Assembly: GCF_004010195.1 (NCBI RefSeq)
Contig: NC_057720.1
Location: 21,549,882-21,604,283 of the forward strand
DNA from: Chiloscyllium plagiosum
Lineage: Eukaryota
DNA: 54,402 nucleotides
Reading direction: 5' to 3'
Part shown: one piece after another, positions 36,851 to 50,865 of the stretch
Layout of the letters: every line of letters begins with the position of its first letter
How positions within the stretch are numbered: the stretch's first letter is position 1
Notes under the pieces: generated by a model
Seen by the model: only the letters and a program-made list of their open reading frames with translations
Told to the model about the DNA's origin: nothing
Databases searched by the model: none
Program-made: the position numbers and the translations under genes

Positions 36851-37150
36851 AATATAGTCGAAGTTACAAAAAAGGAAAGGGAGCCACAGCCCCCATGATC
36901 AAGCTTGTACCATATACTGACACTTCTTATTGTTGCCATTCGGGGGGGAGTTATTGTATAGTGACCAGTGAATGATGAATTATTTGACAGCACTACAGCA
37001 ATGCATTTTTGTGGGTCATGTGTATATTTTAACTTATTTTAACTTGAAGAAAGTGGTAAATTATTTAGCTTAGTGCTTATTTCTCACCTCTCAACCAACT
37101 ATAAATATACGTTATCTTTTGCTCTTGGTGATTCAGAAATTGTACCTTTT

Positions 37151-37283
37151 CTAGATTAGAGTGGTGCTGGGAAAGCACAGCAGTTCAGGCAGCATCCGAG
37201 GAGCTGCCTGAACTGCTGTGCATTTCCAGCACCACTCTAATCTAGACTCTGGTTTTCAGCATCTGCAGTCATTGTTTTTACCT
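37151..37283. mobile_element. Palindromic short Penelope pLTR insertion
   Basis: Arms CTAGATTAGAGTGGTGCTGG..GCAGTTCAGGCAGC and GCTGCCTGAACTGC..CCAGCACCACTCTAATCTAG. 15-bp TSD AATTGTACCTTTTCT (37138 and 37284). Confidence 0.85.
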
Positions 37284-37309
37284 AATTGTACCTTTTCTTC
37301 AAATTGTGG

Positions 37310-37850
37310 TGAGAACATAAAAATCTATGAAAGATGAGACCAAAGCACTCTATCATTCAGCGTGGTCACGGTTGATCTTTGGCTTCTAATCCACTTTCCC
37401 ACCTATGTCCTATATCCTATGATTCCCCAAGAGTCAAAACATTTGTCAACCTCAGCTTTAAATGTATTCATGGCCTTCTGAGATAGAGAATTCCAAAAAT
37501 TCACAACACTTTGAGTGAACAAATACATTCCCTTTCACTGCTAAATGATCAGACATATAGTTTGAGACTAAGCCCCCTTGTTCTGGATTTCACAGCCAAA
37601 GGGAACAACCTCTTAGAGTCTATTCTTCCAAGTTCCTTCAGAACCTTCTCTGTTTTCATGAGATCACCTCTCATTCTTCTAATGCTCAGAGAACACAGGG
37701 TCAATTTATTAAGTGGCTTATTATCAGGCAATTCTATCAACCCATAGACCAATCTAATGAATCATTGCTGTGCCATCTCCAATACAAATGCATCTTTCTT
37801 TCAAATATGGACACCAAAACTGTGCATAGTATCCCAAATGTGGTCTCGCC
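37310..37850 (-). mobile_element. Old CR1 LINE 3' fragment
   Basis: Minus-strand ORF reads LCSLSIRRMRGDLMKTEKVL..RLFPLAVKSRTRGLSLK. Confidence 0.75.
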
Positions 37851-37914
37851 ACATTAGTTCAGTACAACTGCAGCCAAGTGATTTCATAATGATATTGTTC
37901 AAGCATCCAGGACA

Positions 37915-38195
37915 GATTAGATCACATCACATTACACTGTGGAAACAGGCCCTTCGGCCCAACAAGTCCACACCAACCCGCCGAAGCGAAACCCACCCAT
38001 ACCCCTACATTTACCCCTTACCTAACACTACGGGCAATTTAGTATGGCCAATTCACCTGGCCCTGCACATCTTTGTGACTGTGGGAGGAAACCGGAGCAC
38101 CCGGAGGAAACCCACGTAGACACGGGGAGAACGCGCAAACTCCACACAGTCAGTCGCCTGAGGCGGGAATTGAACCCGGGTCTCTGGCGCTGTGA
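37915..38195 (-). mobile_element. HE1-type SINE, slightly 5'-truncated
   Basis: Closely similar to 22067-22380. Confidence 0.9.
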
Positions 38196-41100
38196 CAGAT
38201 TCCACAATTTTCTAGATTATTGACTAACTGGCTTGCAGTTTCCTGTTTTCTCCCTCCTTTCTTGAATAGTGCTCTTACATTTGCTAACTTCTACTGGGAC
38301 CATTTGGAATTGAGGGAATTTCTTTCAACAATCAAAACCACTATTATCCCTGTCGCTAATATTTTGTGAACCTTAGGGTATAAAGCCAAGGGCTCCATTT
38401 ATTTCATTTGTGCTAATTTTTTTCACGATTTTGCATTTATCACCATGTCATAAAATGTTCACGTTAATGGAAATAAGTTTTGATGTAATAGGATTTTATA
38501 GAATTTACAGGACTGGAAGTTTTATTTGGACCATCACATCTATATTAGTGTTTAAGTTCCACATGAATCTCCTTACTTTCTCTCACCTGATCATCATATC
38601 CTTTTATTCCTTTCTCCCTTGTGCTTATCCAAATTCCGATGCTGATCACCTCAAAACAAGTCCAGGGCTATGTCGACAAATACAGCAGAGAACAGCTCAC
38701 AGCCATAGCTTGGCATGACCAGTCAATCAATTTTATTTTATTTTCCTAGATCTGTTATTATTTAAAAATGAAACGCAAGTTCATACAGAACCTGAATTAT
38801 TAGTCTTGGATCCAGACCCTTGGAATTAGCCAGCTGTTTGATATAATTGGACATTTTACATTGTCTTGTAAATTGGTCCGGCAGTTTCTCAAGCTTTGTT
38901 TTATTTCTTTCAATATAACCACGCTCATTAACACTAATGGTCATTATTGCCAGTGTTGATAAAATGTATGCTGTTAAATTAGGGAATTGTATTTCACACG
39001 TGCACCTGTTATCATCTAATGTGCTCATAACTCTGCAATGCCAGTGTGGGTTATTCAGTAATTCTGATGAATGCTGGGTTCTTAAATAATCAATTACTGT
39101 TGCATCACAGGAAAGAAGCAAAATTATTCTAATAGACGCTGGAGATTACAATACTAAACAAGCTCCAGGGAAATCATTTAGCAGTAATGAACAATTTATT
39201 TTCATTTTAGAAATGTGTAATTCAACTTTGCTGGAAAAAGTATTTTATTCCTGCAAAAGAATGTTGTGTGAAGAAGTGTACTTGCTAGATTGAAAGTGAA
39301 TGAAGTGCAGAACACCACTGACATAGAAAGCCATAAGATGGAAGGTGAGACAATTAAAAGGTGTAATAACAGTGGGTTACTGCTAAATCTGAGCTTTCTG
39401 GAGGAATGAAAGACTGTAGGAAATATGGAAGTTCCACAGCTTTATTGCCTTGAAAAGCAAAGGGTTACAGAATGGGTGTCTTGTTTTGACAAGGGATGCA
39501 GGGAGGGGAGTATGATGGAGTGTGTACATATTTTGACCCTGGGAGGAATGAGAGAGAGTTTAGTTTACACAACAGTGACCATTAAAATGCAAATCTCATG
39601 GCATCTGTGATTTTGTTTTTTTTTTCATCCCTTCATTCAAACCAGAAGGTATGAATTTCCACATTGGATAACTGAACATTTTTAATTAAGGGACTGACTG
39701 CCATAAACTCCAGGTAGCAGGGATATCTTGAGACGATTTCGGCTTTTCATGGACTGGTCAGCATAAGTGGATCAAGAAAGTTCTTATTACGTGCAAAATT
39801 CTTTTGATTAGACAAAGGACAATAAGACAGAGTAGATTTACTTATTTGACTCATGGAATCTCCTGAATTTCTCATTATTTCAAGTGTCCGGCATTTTTGG
39901 ATTGTTATCTTCTGTCTAATTTGTAAATAAAACTATTATTTTTTGATTTTCTGAAAATAAAAGTTGAGATGAACAAAATAAATAACTGATTTTTAATCCT
40001 TTGATTTCCTTCTTTTTATAATTTTCCAAACAGATTGCCCAGATGTCTATAATCTAGTGAATTAGTCCATGATGTGAAAATCTTTAACATCTTGTCTTCT
40101 GACTTCACAGAATCACAAAATTGTTGCAGTGCAGAAGGAGGCTGTTGAAGGTTAATTAAGAGTGGCTTGAGGGTTAATTAACAATCTATTGAGTTTTTTG
40201 ATCTTAATTACCTGAGACCAGTATTTCCCTTTAACATGATATATACCAGGTACTGATATAGTGAATGGTTTATAAATCATGTCTTTGCTTGCATTGTGCT
40301 ATGCTCTGGTTGGCAGTGAGTGGATTTGAATGAATATACAATAATAAGTATTGTCGGGCCTGGGAATCCTTTAAAAGTTTTGGAAAACCGACCTTTACAC
40401 ATGTAAATTAAAATTACATTCTTCACTTCAACAGTAGAATAGCTCATATGCTTTTAACTTAAATACAAATTACAAATTGAAAATAGAAGTAGAAAGGGCT
40501 AGTATTCCTAACCAAAAAGGCATTAGAAGGCTACAAACTATCACTCTAGTCTTCAAGACATTATCCAACAACTCTCATAGCATGGTGCTGTCTCAGGTTT
40601 AATTTTTACTCTTCTTTGTGATGGCTATAGTGGCAAAGGTGAAGATTTGATTGAGCTTAATGGTGGCTGCAGAAGTTTGGTGTAGTGCCAAAGAGGTGGT
40701 CATAAGCTAGAAATTGGATTGCGCAAAGAACGGGAGGTGTGTGTGTAGAGGGTTCAATATTCAGAGATGTCTCTGCCTGTGATGGAAGTGTCCTGTCCCT
40801 TTCCCTTGCCTCCTCAAACAATCTTTTCTCAACCCTGCCTAGCTTTAAACTTACCTATTTTTCTCGCATCTTCCTCTAGGCTCAACGTATTCAGAATCTT
40901 TATTTCTTAACTCCCATTAAATAGCCAATTCCAGACCCCTGTACCATCACCATCACCACTGTCACCTCCCCATCTCTCCAATATCACTCCACCCCAGGCC
41001 AGCTACTATCATAAGCTTTTCTTTCTCCTCAATGACTTGTTGCATATTTATAAACCTGCCATTATTACAACTATTCTCCAAAAATAGACACACCTTTACC

Positions 41101-41468
41101 TGTTCTTGAAAACTCAAGCTTCCCTTCTGAAAGATCTTTGACCATATTGCCACCTTCGAAAAACATGTCCATTTTTCAGAATGCCATATTTGAATCTTTC
41201 CAACCATTCCTCATGCACTATTCAGAAATGTCCTCAATCATAGTCACAATGGACATACCATACAACTGTGATTGAGAAATAGAGACTTGGGATAAATTGA
41301 ATAGACTCTGATAGGCAAGATATGACAAGAAGTCTTCACAGAGAAATGCTCTGTACCCTCATGTGTTTGATTAAGAAATAAATAGTTGTGTATCTAAGTT
41401 TGTAGTTGACTCGAAGTTAGCAGGTACTTAGTCTATAACTGTTAGAAAGATGGCTAGAGACTAAGAGA

Positions 41469-41651
41469 CTAAGCCCTTCCTGAAAATGTGTTGCTGAAAA
41501 AGCGCAGCAGGTCAGGCAGCATCCAAGGAACAGGAGAATCAACGTTTCGGGCATAAGCCCTTCTTCAGGAAGGGCTTATGCCCGAAACGTTGATTCTCCT
41601 GTTCCTTGGATGCTGCCTGACCTGCTGCGCTTTTTCAGCAACACATTTTCA
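41469..41651. mobile_element. Perfect 83-bp-arm palindrome derived from a Penelope pLTR with hammerhead motif
   Basis: 41481-41563 is the exact reverse complement of 41569-41651, with loop TTCAG. Confidence 0.9.
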
Positions 41652-42424
41652 ACTAAGAAATATGGTAAGGATTTGGATCTTCTGCACAAATCATGAGAAG
41701 TAAATGTATAAGTAAGTATAAGGGAGTTTGAAACTCTAAATGAAGAGTGAAGCTGAGACAGATCTCATGTGATGTCCTGTATTCAGTTTCAGCACTGATT
41801 TTCCTGTAATAGCCAATTGAAAATAAGTCACACGATCAAACAGCCATCTTCATTGTTGAATTCAGCATGGATCTATTGGGCTGAATGGCCTGCTGCTGTT
41901 CTGTAAATGTCATGCAACACTTTTCATTTTTGTATGACATTATTTACATTTGTGTATGAATGGAGATGAGACCACACATTTTTCTCAGTGTAGTACACAT
42001 GAGAATAGTACAGTTATCAAGGGAGGATGGTGTTTTGAACGTATTTCAGATCAGTCATAGAGATTTTAAAAGGAAAATCTACATGTATCAGAACTGTATC
42101 CAACAAAGCAGATGTAATGGTATTAAAGAACAGCAGGTATTTTAAAGGATGCCTTCAGAATCATATTCATGAAAAGAGATGAATTATTATTAATCACTCA
42201 GTACACACCTCCAAATAATTAGGGCAACCTCCTTTGTACCTTCAAAAAAACTGATAGCTTTTATGAGTAAGCACTTCAATCGAGTAGGCTACATTTATCA
42301 TAGAACAGTAATCAATTTATTTGGCTTTTATTGTACTTGCACCTTCATAAGATCTTGCTTCAATAAAAAAATGAATTATAATGTATAAAAATGGGCTGAA
42401 TTTTATATCAGATGATGAAGTACT

Positions 42425-42742
42425 TCAACTTTTCCCCAGAGCAGGTTTGACTGGTACGAGAAGTCATAGTTTGAAGATATTAGAAGGAAGGTATAAAGGA
42501 GATGCCAGAGGTAGGTTCTTTATGCAGAGAGTTGTGAATGCATGGAATGCGTTGCCAGCTGTGGTGGTGGAAGCAGAGTCATTGGGGACAGTTAAGCGAC
42601 TGCTGGACATGCACATGAATAGCAGTGAGTTGAGGGGTGCGTAGGTTAGGTTACTATATTTTACATTAGGATTAAATCTCAGCACAACATCGTGGGCCAA
42701 AGGGCCTGTTCTGTGCTGTACTTCTCTATGTTCTATGTTCTA
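42425..42742 (+). mobile_element. CR1 LINE 3' fragment
   Basis: Encodes LFPRAGLTGTRSHSLKI..RFFMQRVVNAWNALP and ends in a (TTCTATG)n tail. Confidence 0.88.
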
Positions 42743-43791
42743 AGTGATTTGAAAGCAAGGGACAACCAAAATGTAGAGCGATGTAGAACTCGGAGTCACA
42801 TTTTACCAATGTCAGCCAATTAAGTGGTTGCTGTCAGGGGTCCTTATTCAGCGCAGCTGGCTGTTCGACTAATCAGGTGACCAGCAACTCCATAACATCA
42901 TCGTGACCAAAGACTTTTGTTGGAGCTATGCCTGGGAGATGACATGCATTGATATCTGGTGCCCTCAAATTAGCAGGAAGTCTCATTGGCCACACTGATA
43001 GCCACTAGCTCGCATATTGATATCTTGGTGGGGACATTAACTTTGAGACATTTGGGAGCACAATCTGGAGTATACCTCCCTGCTGGACGAGGGGGCAACG
43101 CAATAATGAGAAACAAATAATAATCCCCTTTAATTGGCAACTCACTGCTGCCTGGTGAGAACCTTGCCCTATCACTCATCAAAACATAAATAATGGATTA
43201 AAATGCTCCTGACATCAAGACTGATCCTGCTAGAATTCTCACTTGATTCTGCCACATACCTCACTATACCCTTGTCTCTCATATGATTCTGACCAATGTC
43301 TCTATCCTATGTTAGCCACTTAGGGACTCAACTGGAAAATAGGTTCAAACAATTACAATTGGCTTTGGTTATAGAAAACCTTAATAATTAACACAGTGCT
43401 ATATCATTTTATTTACTTATGAAACTTTTTGGATCATAAAAATGATCAGTTCTAATTCTAAGCATAACCTTGGAAGTTTACGTTTTATTATTAAACTATT
43501 AGTGGGTTTCTATTTTTGTGCTGGAGATTTTGGTTAATCATTCCTGAAGCTTGAATAACATTCCAATGCAGCTATCAATCTTCTCCACTATCGGATGCAA
43601 GCAAAGAATAGACATGTTATTGTGAAACCATGCTTGAAATCAAAAATATGTTTTGAAAATATTGGCTGGAAAGCACTGATTTTTTTTTAAACAGTAAAGG
43701 TATATTCCAGTGACTTCAAATCGCTGTCTCAATGATGGATCAATATTTGCATCACTTCATCTTGCACATTCCAAAGCCATTGAAACAGAGT

Positions 43792-43960
43792 AAGTGAGGA
43801 CTGCAGATGCTGGACATCAGAGTCGAAGAGTGCGATGCTGGAAAAGCACAGCAGGTCAGGCAGCATCCGAGGAGCAGGATTAAGGGTTTATGCCCGAAAC
43901 GTCCACTCTCCTGGTCCACGGATGCTGCCTGACCTGCTGTGCGTTTCCTGTACTACACTT
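43792..43960. mobile_element. Palindromic short Penelope pLTR insertion
   Basis: Minus-oriented pLTR followed by a plus-oriented part (AGGGTTTATGCCCGAAACGTC..). CCATTGAAAC occurs on both sides. Confidence 0.8.
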
Positions 43961-44449
43961 TTTCCCATTGAAACTGGGGATAAGCTAATTGCAAATGCTC
44001 ACCAGGAACCATTATCTTGAAGGAGCGTGATTGGGGGAGGTGCATCTCCTATCTCATTAGAAAAAGATCCTGACAATCGCCTAGATATTTAATACATTGG
44101 TGACAGACCAATAGACATAATCACTTGAATAATGAGACTCTTGAAAGGTATGTGCCAAAATGTAACCTCATTACTTAAGACAGCACCTACGAGCCATGAA
44201 CATATTTGGGTCTGTGGTTGCGAGAGAAGACCATACCCACACAAGAGACCCCTTCTTGTGCTTAAAGCAACTGATTACTCTATCTACCAGCATTGTCACT
44301 GTATCAAACTAAGAACCACTACCAAGTTCAAACTAAAGCCCATCCAGGGCACCAAACTTTAAGAGCCATATATCATTCACCTTTATTGTAGTTTAACTTG
44401 CTTAATCTAACCTCACACTTTGCAACTTATTTGTGTGTATGTGTATGAA

Positions 44450-46245
44450 AATCATAGAGTAATAGAGTTTTACAGCACAGAAACATACCCTTCAGTCCAA
44501 CTCATCCAAGCCGACCAGAAATCCCAACCCAAACTAGTCCACCTGCCAGCACCCGGCCCATATCCCTCCAAACCCTTCCTATTCATATACCCATCCAGAT
44601 GCTTTTTAAATATTGCAATTGTACTAGCATCACCACTTCCTCTGGCAGCCCATTCTACACATGCACCACCCTCTGCATAAACAAGTTGCTCCTTAGGTCT
44701 CTTTTATATCTTTCCTCTCTCACCCTAAACCTATGCCCTCTAGTTCTGGATTCCCCCACCCCAGAGAAAAGATCTTGTCTATTTACCCTATCCATGCCTG
44801 TCATGATTTTATAAACCTCTATAAGGTCACCCCTCAGCCTCCGATGCTCCATGGAAAACAGCCACAGCCTATTCAACTTCTCCCTATAGCTCAAATCCTC
44901 CAACCCTGGCAACATCCTTGTAAATCTTTTCTGAACCCTTTCAAGTGTCACAACATCTTTCCGATAGGAAGGAGACCAGAACTGCATGTAATATTCCAAA
45001 AGTGGCCTAACCAATGTCCTGTACAGTCGCAACATGACCTTCCAACTTCTGTACTCAATACTCTGACCAGTAAAGGAAAGCATACCAAATTCCTTCTTCA
45101 CTATCCTATCTACCTGCGACTCCACTTTCAAACAGCTATGAACCTGCACTCTAAGGTCTCTTTGTTCAGCAACACTCCCTAGGACCTTACCATTAAGTGT
45201 ATAAGTCCTGCTAAGATTTGCTTTCTCAAAATGCAGCAGCTCCCATTTATCTGAATTGAACTACATTTACCACTTCTCAGCCGATTGGCCCATCTGATTA
45301 AGATCCCTTTGCAATCTGAGATAACCATCTTCGCCTCCAATTTTGGTGTCATTTGCAAACTTACTACTATACCTCTTATGCTCACATCCAAATCATTTAT
45401 ATAAATGATGAAAAGTAGTGGATCCAGCACCAATCTTTGTGGCCCTCCACTGGTCACAGGCCTCCAGTCTGAAAAATAACCCTCCACCACCACCCTCTGA
45501 CTTCTACCTTTGAGCCTGTTCTGTATTGTAATGGCAAATCTCCCTGTATGCCATGTGTTCAAACGGTGCTAACCATCGAGAACCTTGTCGAACACCTTAC
45601 TGATGTCCATATAGATCACATCTACCCCTCTGCCCTCATCAATCCTCTTTGTTACTTCTTCAAAAAACTCCATCAAGCTTGTTAGACATGATTTCCCATG
45701 CACAAAGCCATGTTGACTGTCCCTGATCAGTCCTTGCCTTTCCAAATACATGTACATCCTGTCCCTCAGGATTCCCTCCAACAACTTTCCCACCACTGAC
45801 ATCAGGCTCACTGGTCTATAGTTCCCTGGCTTGTCCTTACCACCCTTCTTATACAGTGGCACCACATTAGCCGACCACCAGTCTTTTGGCACCTCACCTG
45901 TGACTATCGATGATACAAATATCTCAGCAAGTGGCCCAGCAATCACTTCCCTTGCTTCCCACAGAGTTCTAGGGTACACCTGATCAGGTCCTTGGGATTT
46001 ATCCACTTTTATGATTTCAAAACATCCAGCACTTCCTCCTCTGCAAGATGGACAGTTTTCAAGATGTCACCATCTATTTCCCTACATTTTACAACTTCTA
46101 TGTCCTTTTCCACAGTAAATACTGATGCAAAATTCTCCTGCTGCTCCACTTAAAGGCCGCTTGCTGATCTTTGAGGGGCCCTATTCTCTCCCTAGTTACC
46201 CTTTTGTCCTTAATGTATTTGTAAAAACTTTTTGGAATTTCCTTA
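44450..46245 (-). mobile_element. 5'-truncated CR1/HER1 LINE (RT pseudogene)
   Basis: Minus-strand ORFs read DKSQGPDQVYPRTL, GNYRPVSL, SQHGF, RLYRTLVRPLLEY, RRLRGDLIEVYKIM. Confidence 0.95.
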
Positions 46246-47194
46246 TTTGTGACATTTTTATTATTTTAGACAGACAAAATTAAACATACTTAAATCTTTT
46301 CTTCCTCTAAAAAAACAGTCAGGGAAATCTGTCTGTATCTGCATTTACAGTCATGGCATGTAAACTGATAAATACTTAGTCGTATCAAGCACATCTCTTT
46401 TAAATCAAAACCTCTTCTGGTGGAAAAAGAAGGAATCTATCCTCGCCCTCCTCACCTAACAGTGTTTCATTGGCCTTCCATCGTGGCATGTATTATTGGT
46501 ACCCAATAATTTGCATTGTTTGAATACTTAAAAATAAAGATATTAACTTCAAGGATCATTGGCTGGGAATAGACACAAAAGTTTTTGAAATTCTAAGTAA
46601 ACAGCAGGGCTTTCACAATCACAGAACTTATTTCAAGAAACACTTAAATTGCTTTCTATTTGAATTGACCAACCAATGGATAAAAGTGTACACGTTTTAT
46701 TCAGTAAGGTTTTGTGCTCTTACATCAGACATTTTAATCTTAGCCTTGTTGTCACAATTCTGTGTACACCAGGAATTTTGGCTCAAAACTAAAGGATCAG
46801 ATGTATACATAATGAAGTGCATCTTATAAATTCACTCAAACTACAGCTGGAGCTTTGGTCTGAAGCAGGTATATATTTTGTGGATGTTGCCGTTATAGCT
46901 TAACTACAGCTTGAACCTAGATCGAAACTGAGACTAAAATAAGAAAGGAACCTTTTTTAATTCATTTTGGAGTCAATTTTAGGCCTTTACACTCTTTGTT
47001 CACTCCATGTTTTGAGTTCGTGCAACATGGCTTTAAGTTTCTGTTGTGATCAATTGAAAAGAGATCATGGTTCCCCTCTTTTTTAAGCCATTGTGAGTCA
47101 CAACAATTTTTTTTAAAAGTAACTTCTTTTTACCACATTGCCATCGCAACTTAATTGAACCATATCAAAATTGTAGGAGAGGCAATACTACCTT

Positions 47195-47343
47195 GGAGGC
47201 TCCCTGCCTCATTCCTGATGAAGGGCTATTGCCCGAAACGTCGATTTTCCTGCTCCTCGGATGCTGCCTGACCTGCTGTGCTTTTCCAGCACCACTCTAA
47301 TCTTGACTCTGATCTCCAGCATCTGCAGTCCTCACTTTCGCCT
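47195..47343 (+). mobile_element. Short Penelope pLTR insertion with intact-looking hammerhead core
   Basis: CTGATGA-AGGGC-TATT-GCCC-GAAAC-GTC at about 47215-47242. Confidence 0.82.
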
Positions 47344-48516
47344 ATACTGTGGGTATCTTGAGTGAAAGAGTTAAGAGTTTATTACCTATTAAATTCAAGA
47401 CAAATAAGAAAATGTGACACGTAACGCAATACACATAAAATAGATAGTTAAGATTTTTTTAAAAAGGGACAAGGAGAAGGGTATCTAGTACAGGCAGGGA
47501 TAATAGAAGTAAAAGCAATTAAAGATCTCAAAGGTTGCCTGGGTTGTGAGAATGAAAAGACTTTAGACCAACTGTTTGCTGCAGCTTTGCTTCCTCTATA
47601 ATGGCAGAGTTGCATATGTTTGGAATTTTTAGTGAGTAATTGTTATTTCAAGTTGCTTTTCATCTGGGAACGGGATTCTGAGGTAGCAACAGGGAAAAGT
47701 GAGAAACAGACATTCATTTCCTGTGCTCTGCTGCTCTGTAGCAGCTATGGTAAAGGTCCCTGTGTATATTCTTCCATCTATGTACTTTCCCAAGCTGAAT
47801 ACTCTACAGATGACCTTTCACGTCAATGTGTAATTTCCAGAAAGGTGTGAATTAATCAGGAAATACAGACCTAAGTTCCTTTTGTAATGTCTTGTTATAA
47901 AAATATTCTTTTTGTAACAGATCCTTTTATCACAATGTTAATTTCAGCTCAAACTGAACCTAATTTACTGCTGGGTTCATGAGCTTGGCTGAACCTATTC
48001 AGGTGATCACAGCAGCCATTTTAGGTCCATATTTGTCCTAGATAAATGAATATTTAGTCCTTCAAAGTCTCAGGAATTAAAAGTTGAATGATGAAATTTG
48101 TGTATTAGCAGTTCATTTTAACAACAATTGTATTACGTGTACATTTGTGGCATATGAATGTACAATAGTGAGTAATTGTGGCTCATTTTTGAACCAACTG
48201 GCTCATTTTTGTATCAATTTGTGGAACTTCCTGTTACATTTTTCTGACCGGGCATACTAACTTCATATAAATAGAAAAGCTTTCAACATTTATGATTGTA
48301 GAAACTGTTGAATGGTGCACACCTGAAAGGTTACCTACCTCCTATTATGTATGTGTGGTTTCTACCTGAACTGTGTTCAGCTGTGGGTATGTACAAATAA
48401 CCCGATCAATTTTTCTCACAAGTTAAAAAGGGATCTTTTCAAATTAAAACAGGATTTATTACATCGCAATACATTGTTGATGTAGTTCATCAAGATTCCA
48501 TGGAATGTGGATATTT

Positions 48517-48820
48517 CATAGAATTCCTACAGTACGGAAGCAAGCCATTTAGTCAATCAAGTCTACACTGTCCCTCTGAATCCCTGTAATCCTGCATTTA
48601 TCATGGCTTAATGCACCTCTGACCAATGCACCTAACACTATGGGCAATTTAACATGGCCAACCCACCTAACCTGCACACCTTTGGACAGTGGAAGGAAAC
48701 CAGAACACACCCACAAAGACACGGGGTAAATATGCAAACTCCACATAGACAGTTTCCCGAGGCTGAAATGGAACCCAGGTCCCTGGTACTGTGAGGCAGC
48801 AGTGCTAACCACTGAACCAT
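48517..48820 (-). mobile_element. HE1-like SINE
   Basis: tRNA-like head TGGTTCAGTGGTTAGCACTGCTGCCTCAC on the minus strand, with V-domain. Confidence 0.85.
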
Positions 48821-49223
48821 AACTAATCTTGATGAGGTAATTGAAAGAGATGAGAAGTAAGAGTGATGACAAAGCGGAGAAAGGAAAGATGTATAAATAA
48901 GCAACAAGAAAGAAATAGGTCGGGGGAAATGGGAACAGATATGACAAGTGTAGAAAAAGGAGGTTGGCACTCACTGAAAAATGAAAATGAGAATGACATG
49001 ACAATTCAAAAGTAGAGGAAAAGATAAAAGACGGAGAATGACAATGGCAAGGCTGGTTTGTTTTGAATAACATGAATTCTCATTTACTGCAAAGAGAGGG
49101 GAGAGTTAAACATGGAGGCTTAATTTCAATATGATAATCCAGAAATGTTGGAATTTGGGAATTATTTAATGTAATATTGAACATACGTCCCACTACAAAC
49201 ATGGTACATCCAGTTCATCCACT

Positions 49224-49583
49224 TAGATTGGAGTGGTGCTGGAAAAGCACAGCCGGTCAGGCAGCATCCAAGCTGTAGGAAAATTGACATTTTGGGCAAA
49301 AGCCCTTCATCAAGGCTGAAGGCAGGGAGCCTTCAGGGTGGAGAGATAAATGGGAGGAGGTAGGACTGGAGCGAAGATAGCAAAGAGTACAATAGGTGGA
49401 TGGGGTGGGGATGAAGGTGATAAGTCATAGAGGAGAGTGGAGTGGATAGGTGGGAAGGAAGATTGGCAGGTAGGACAGGTCGCGAGGATGGTGCTGAGCT
49501 GGAAGGCTGGAGCTGGGGTAAGGTGGGGGGAAGGGAAATGGGGAAACTAGTGAAGTCCACATTGACGCTCTGGGGTTTTGCCT
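49224..49583 (-). mobile_element. Penelope 3' fragment (pLTR plus purine/pyrimidine-skewed UTR)
   Basis: Reverse-oriented pLTR followed by a G/A-rich tract. AGTTCATCC is duplicated on both sides. Confidence 0.8.
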
Positions 49584-50573
49584 AGTTCATCCCTTTGTCT
49601 ATTCTCCACCAAAGTAGATTTCAAGCTTTAAATGCACAAACCAAAATGAAGTTCATCCAGTTCCAAGTCAATTGGTATAATTTTATTTTGACCACCTCCT
49701 ACTGAAAATCGCTTTGTGAAGATATCCCCATTCCTTTTTGTTGGGCAGTTTGGTCAAAATTGTACTTTTAAATTAATAAAGTGTTACATACATGGAAGTA
49801 CAATATTCTGGAATTTGTAAAAAAAAAGTTCATCTTTCTTTAAATGGACTCAAGGATTTGGCAAAATGTCTCCAAACAAACATGTGACTTCTCTTGTGGA
49901 TTCAACTGCAGACAAAAGAAACAGCGGGCTTATTGAGGTTTGTTCAGATGATCCGATGATGTTATCTTAAGAATTATTCACAAAGGGTAATTAAATAATT
50001 TGAAGATTCCAGGACATCCAGTGATCCCTCCAAAAGATATGAAGACTTAAAACCTGTGTGGTACTGAACAGGGGCCAGAAATAGTGACATCAGAAGGAAT
50101 TCAAACATAAATGACTTTGCTTTGTGGAACAATGATTCATCAAAGTTAGCATTTTCAGTGACTTTGTGTTATTATGATAAAAGGTGGCTGAGTACGCCAT
50201 TTGGAGGAGAGCTGTCTGAATACATAAGGGAACCATTTAGAAACAGAAACTGCTGATAACAGAGTGAAAGAGTCAGGCATCCAGTGGAAAAGAAAACAAC
50301 TAAAAGAGTTAGAGGTAATGAGGAATTTACAGGAGCTAGGGGCATGATGGATAGCAGTTATAGGAAGGGGGAAATCCCACAGATACAGTCAGGTAGATGG
50401 ATTACCACCAGGGAAGGTAGGAGAGGGAGTGTGTTAATGCAGGAAACTCCTGTGACTATTCCCATCTCAAATAAGTATGCTATCTTGGAAAATATAAAGG
50501 TGATGGACTCTTAAGGGAATATAGCATGCACAGCCAAGTTTCTGGTACCAAGACTGGCTCTAATGTAACAAGG

Positions 50574-50865
50574 AGGACTGCAAATGCTGGAGATCAGAGT
50601 CAAGGGTGTGGTGCTGGAAAAGCACAGCAGGTCAGGCAGCATCTGAGAAGCAGGGGAAATCGAAGTTTCAGGCATAAGCCCTTCATCAGTAATGAGACTT
50701 ATAGGCTGGGGTGGGGGGTGATGGAGATGCTGAGAGATAAATGGGATAAATGGGAGGGGGTATCAGCCCTTCATTCCTGATGAAGGGCTTATGCACGAAA
50801 TGTTGATTCTCCTGCTCCTTGGATGCTGCCAGACCTGCTGTGCTTTTCCAGCACCACACTCTTGA
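50574..50865. mobile_element. Palindromic Penelope pLTR insertion nested in CR1 ORF1
   Basis: Inverted pLTR pair. 16-bp TSD CTCTAATGTAACAAGG (50558 and 50866). Core CTGATGAAGGGCTTATGCACGAAATG. Confidence 0.85.

Noticed and set aside
38762..39121. 119-aa minus-strand ORF or possible exon
   Set aside because: Weak donor (GTTCTG), AT-rich, no recognisable protein similarity.
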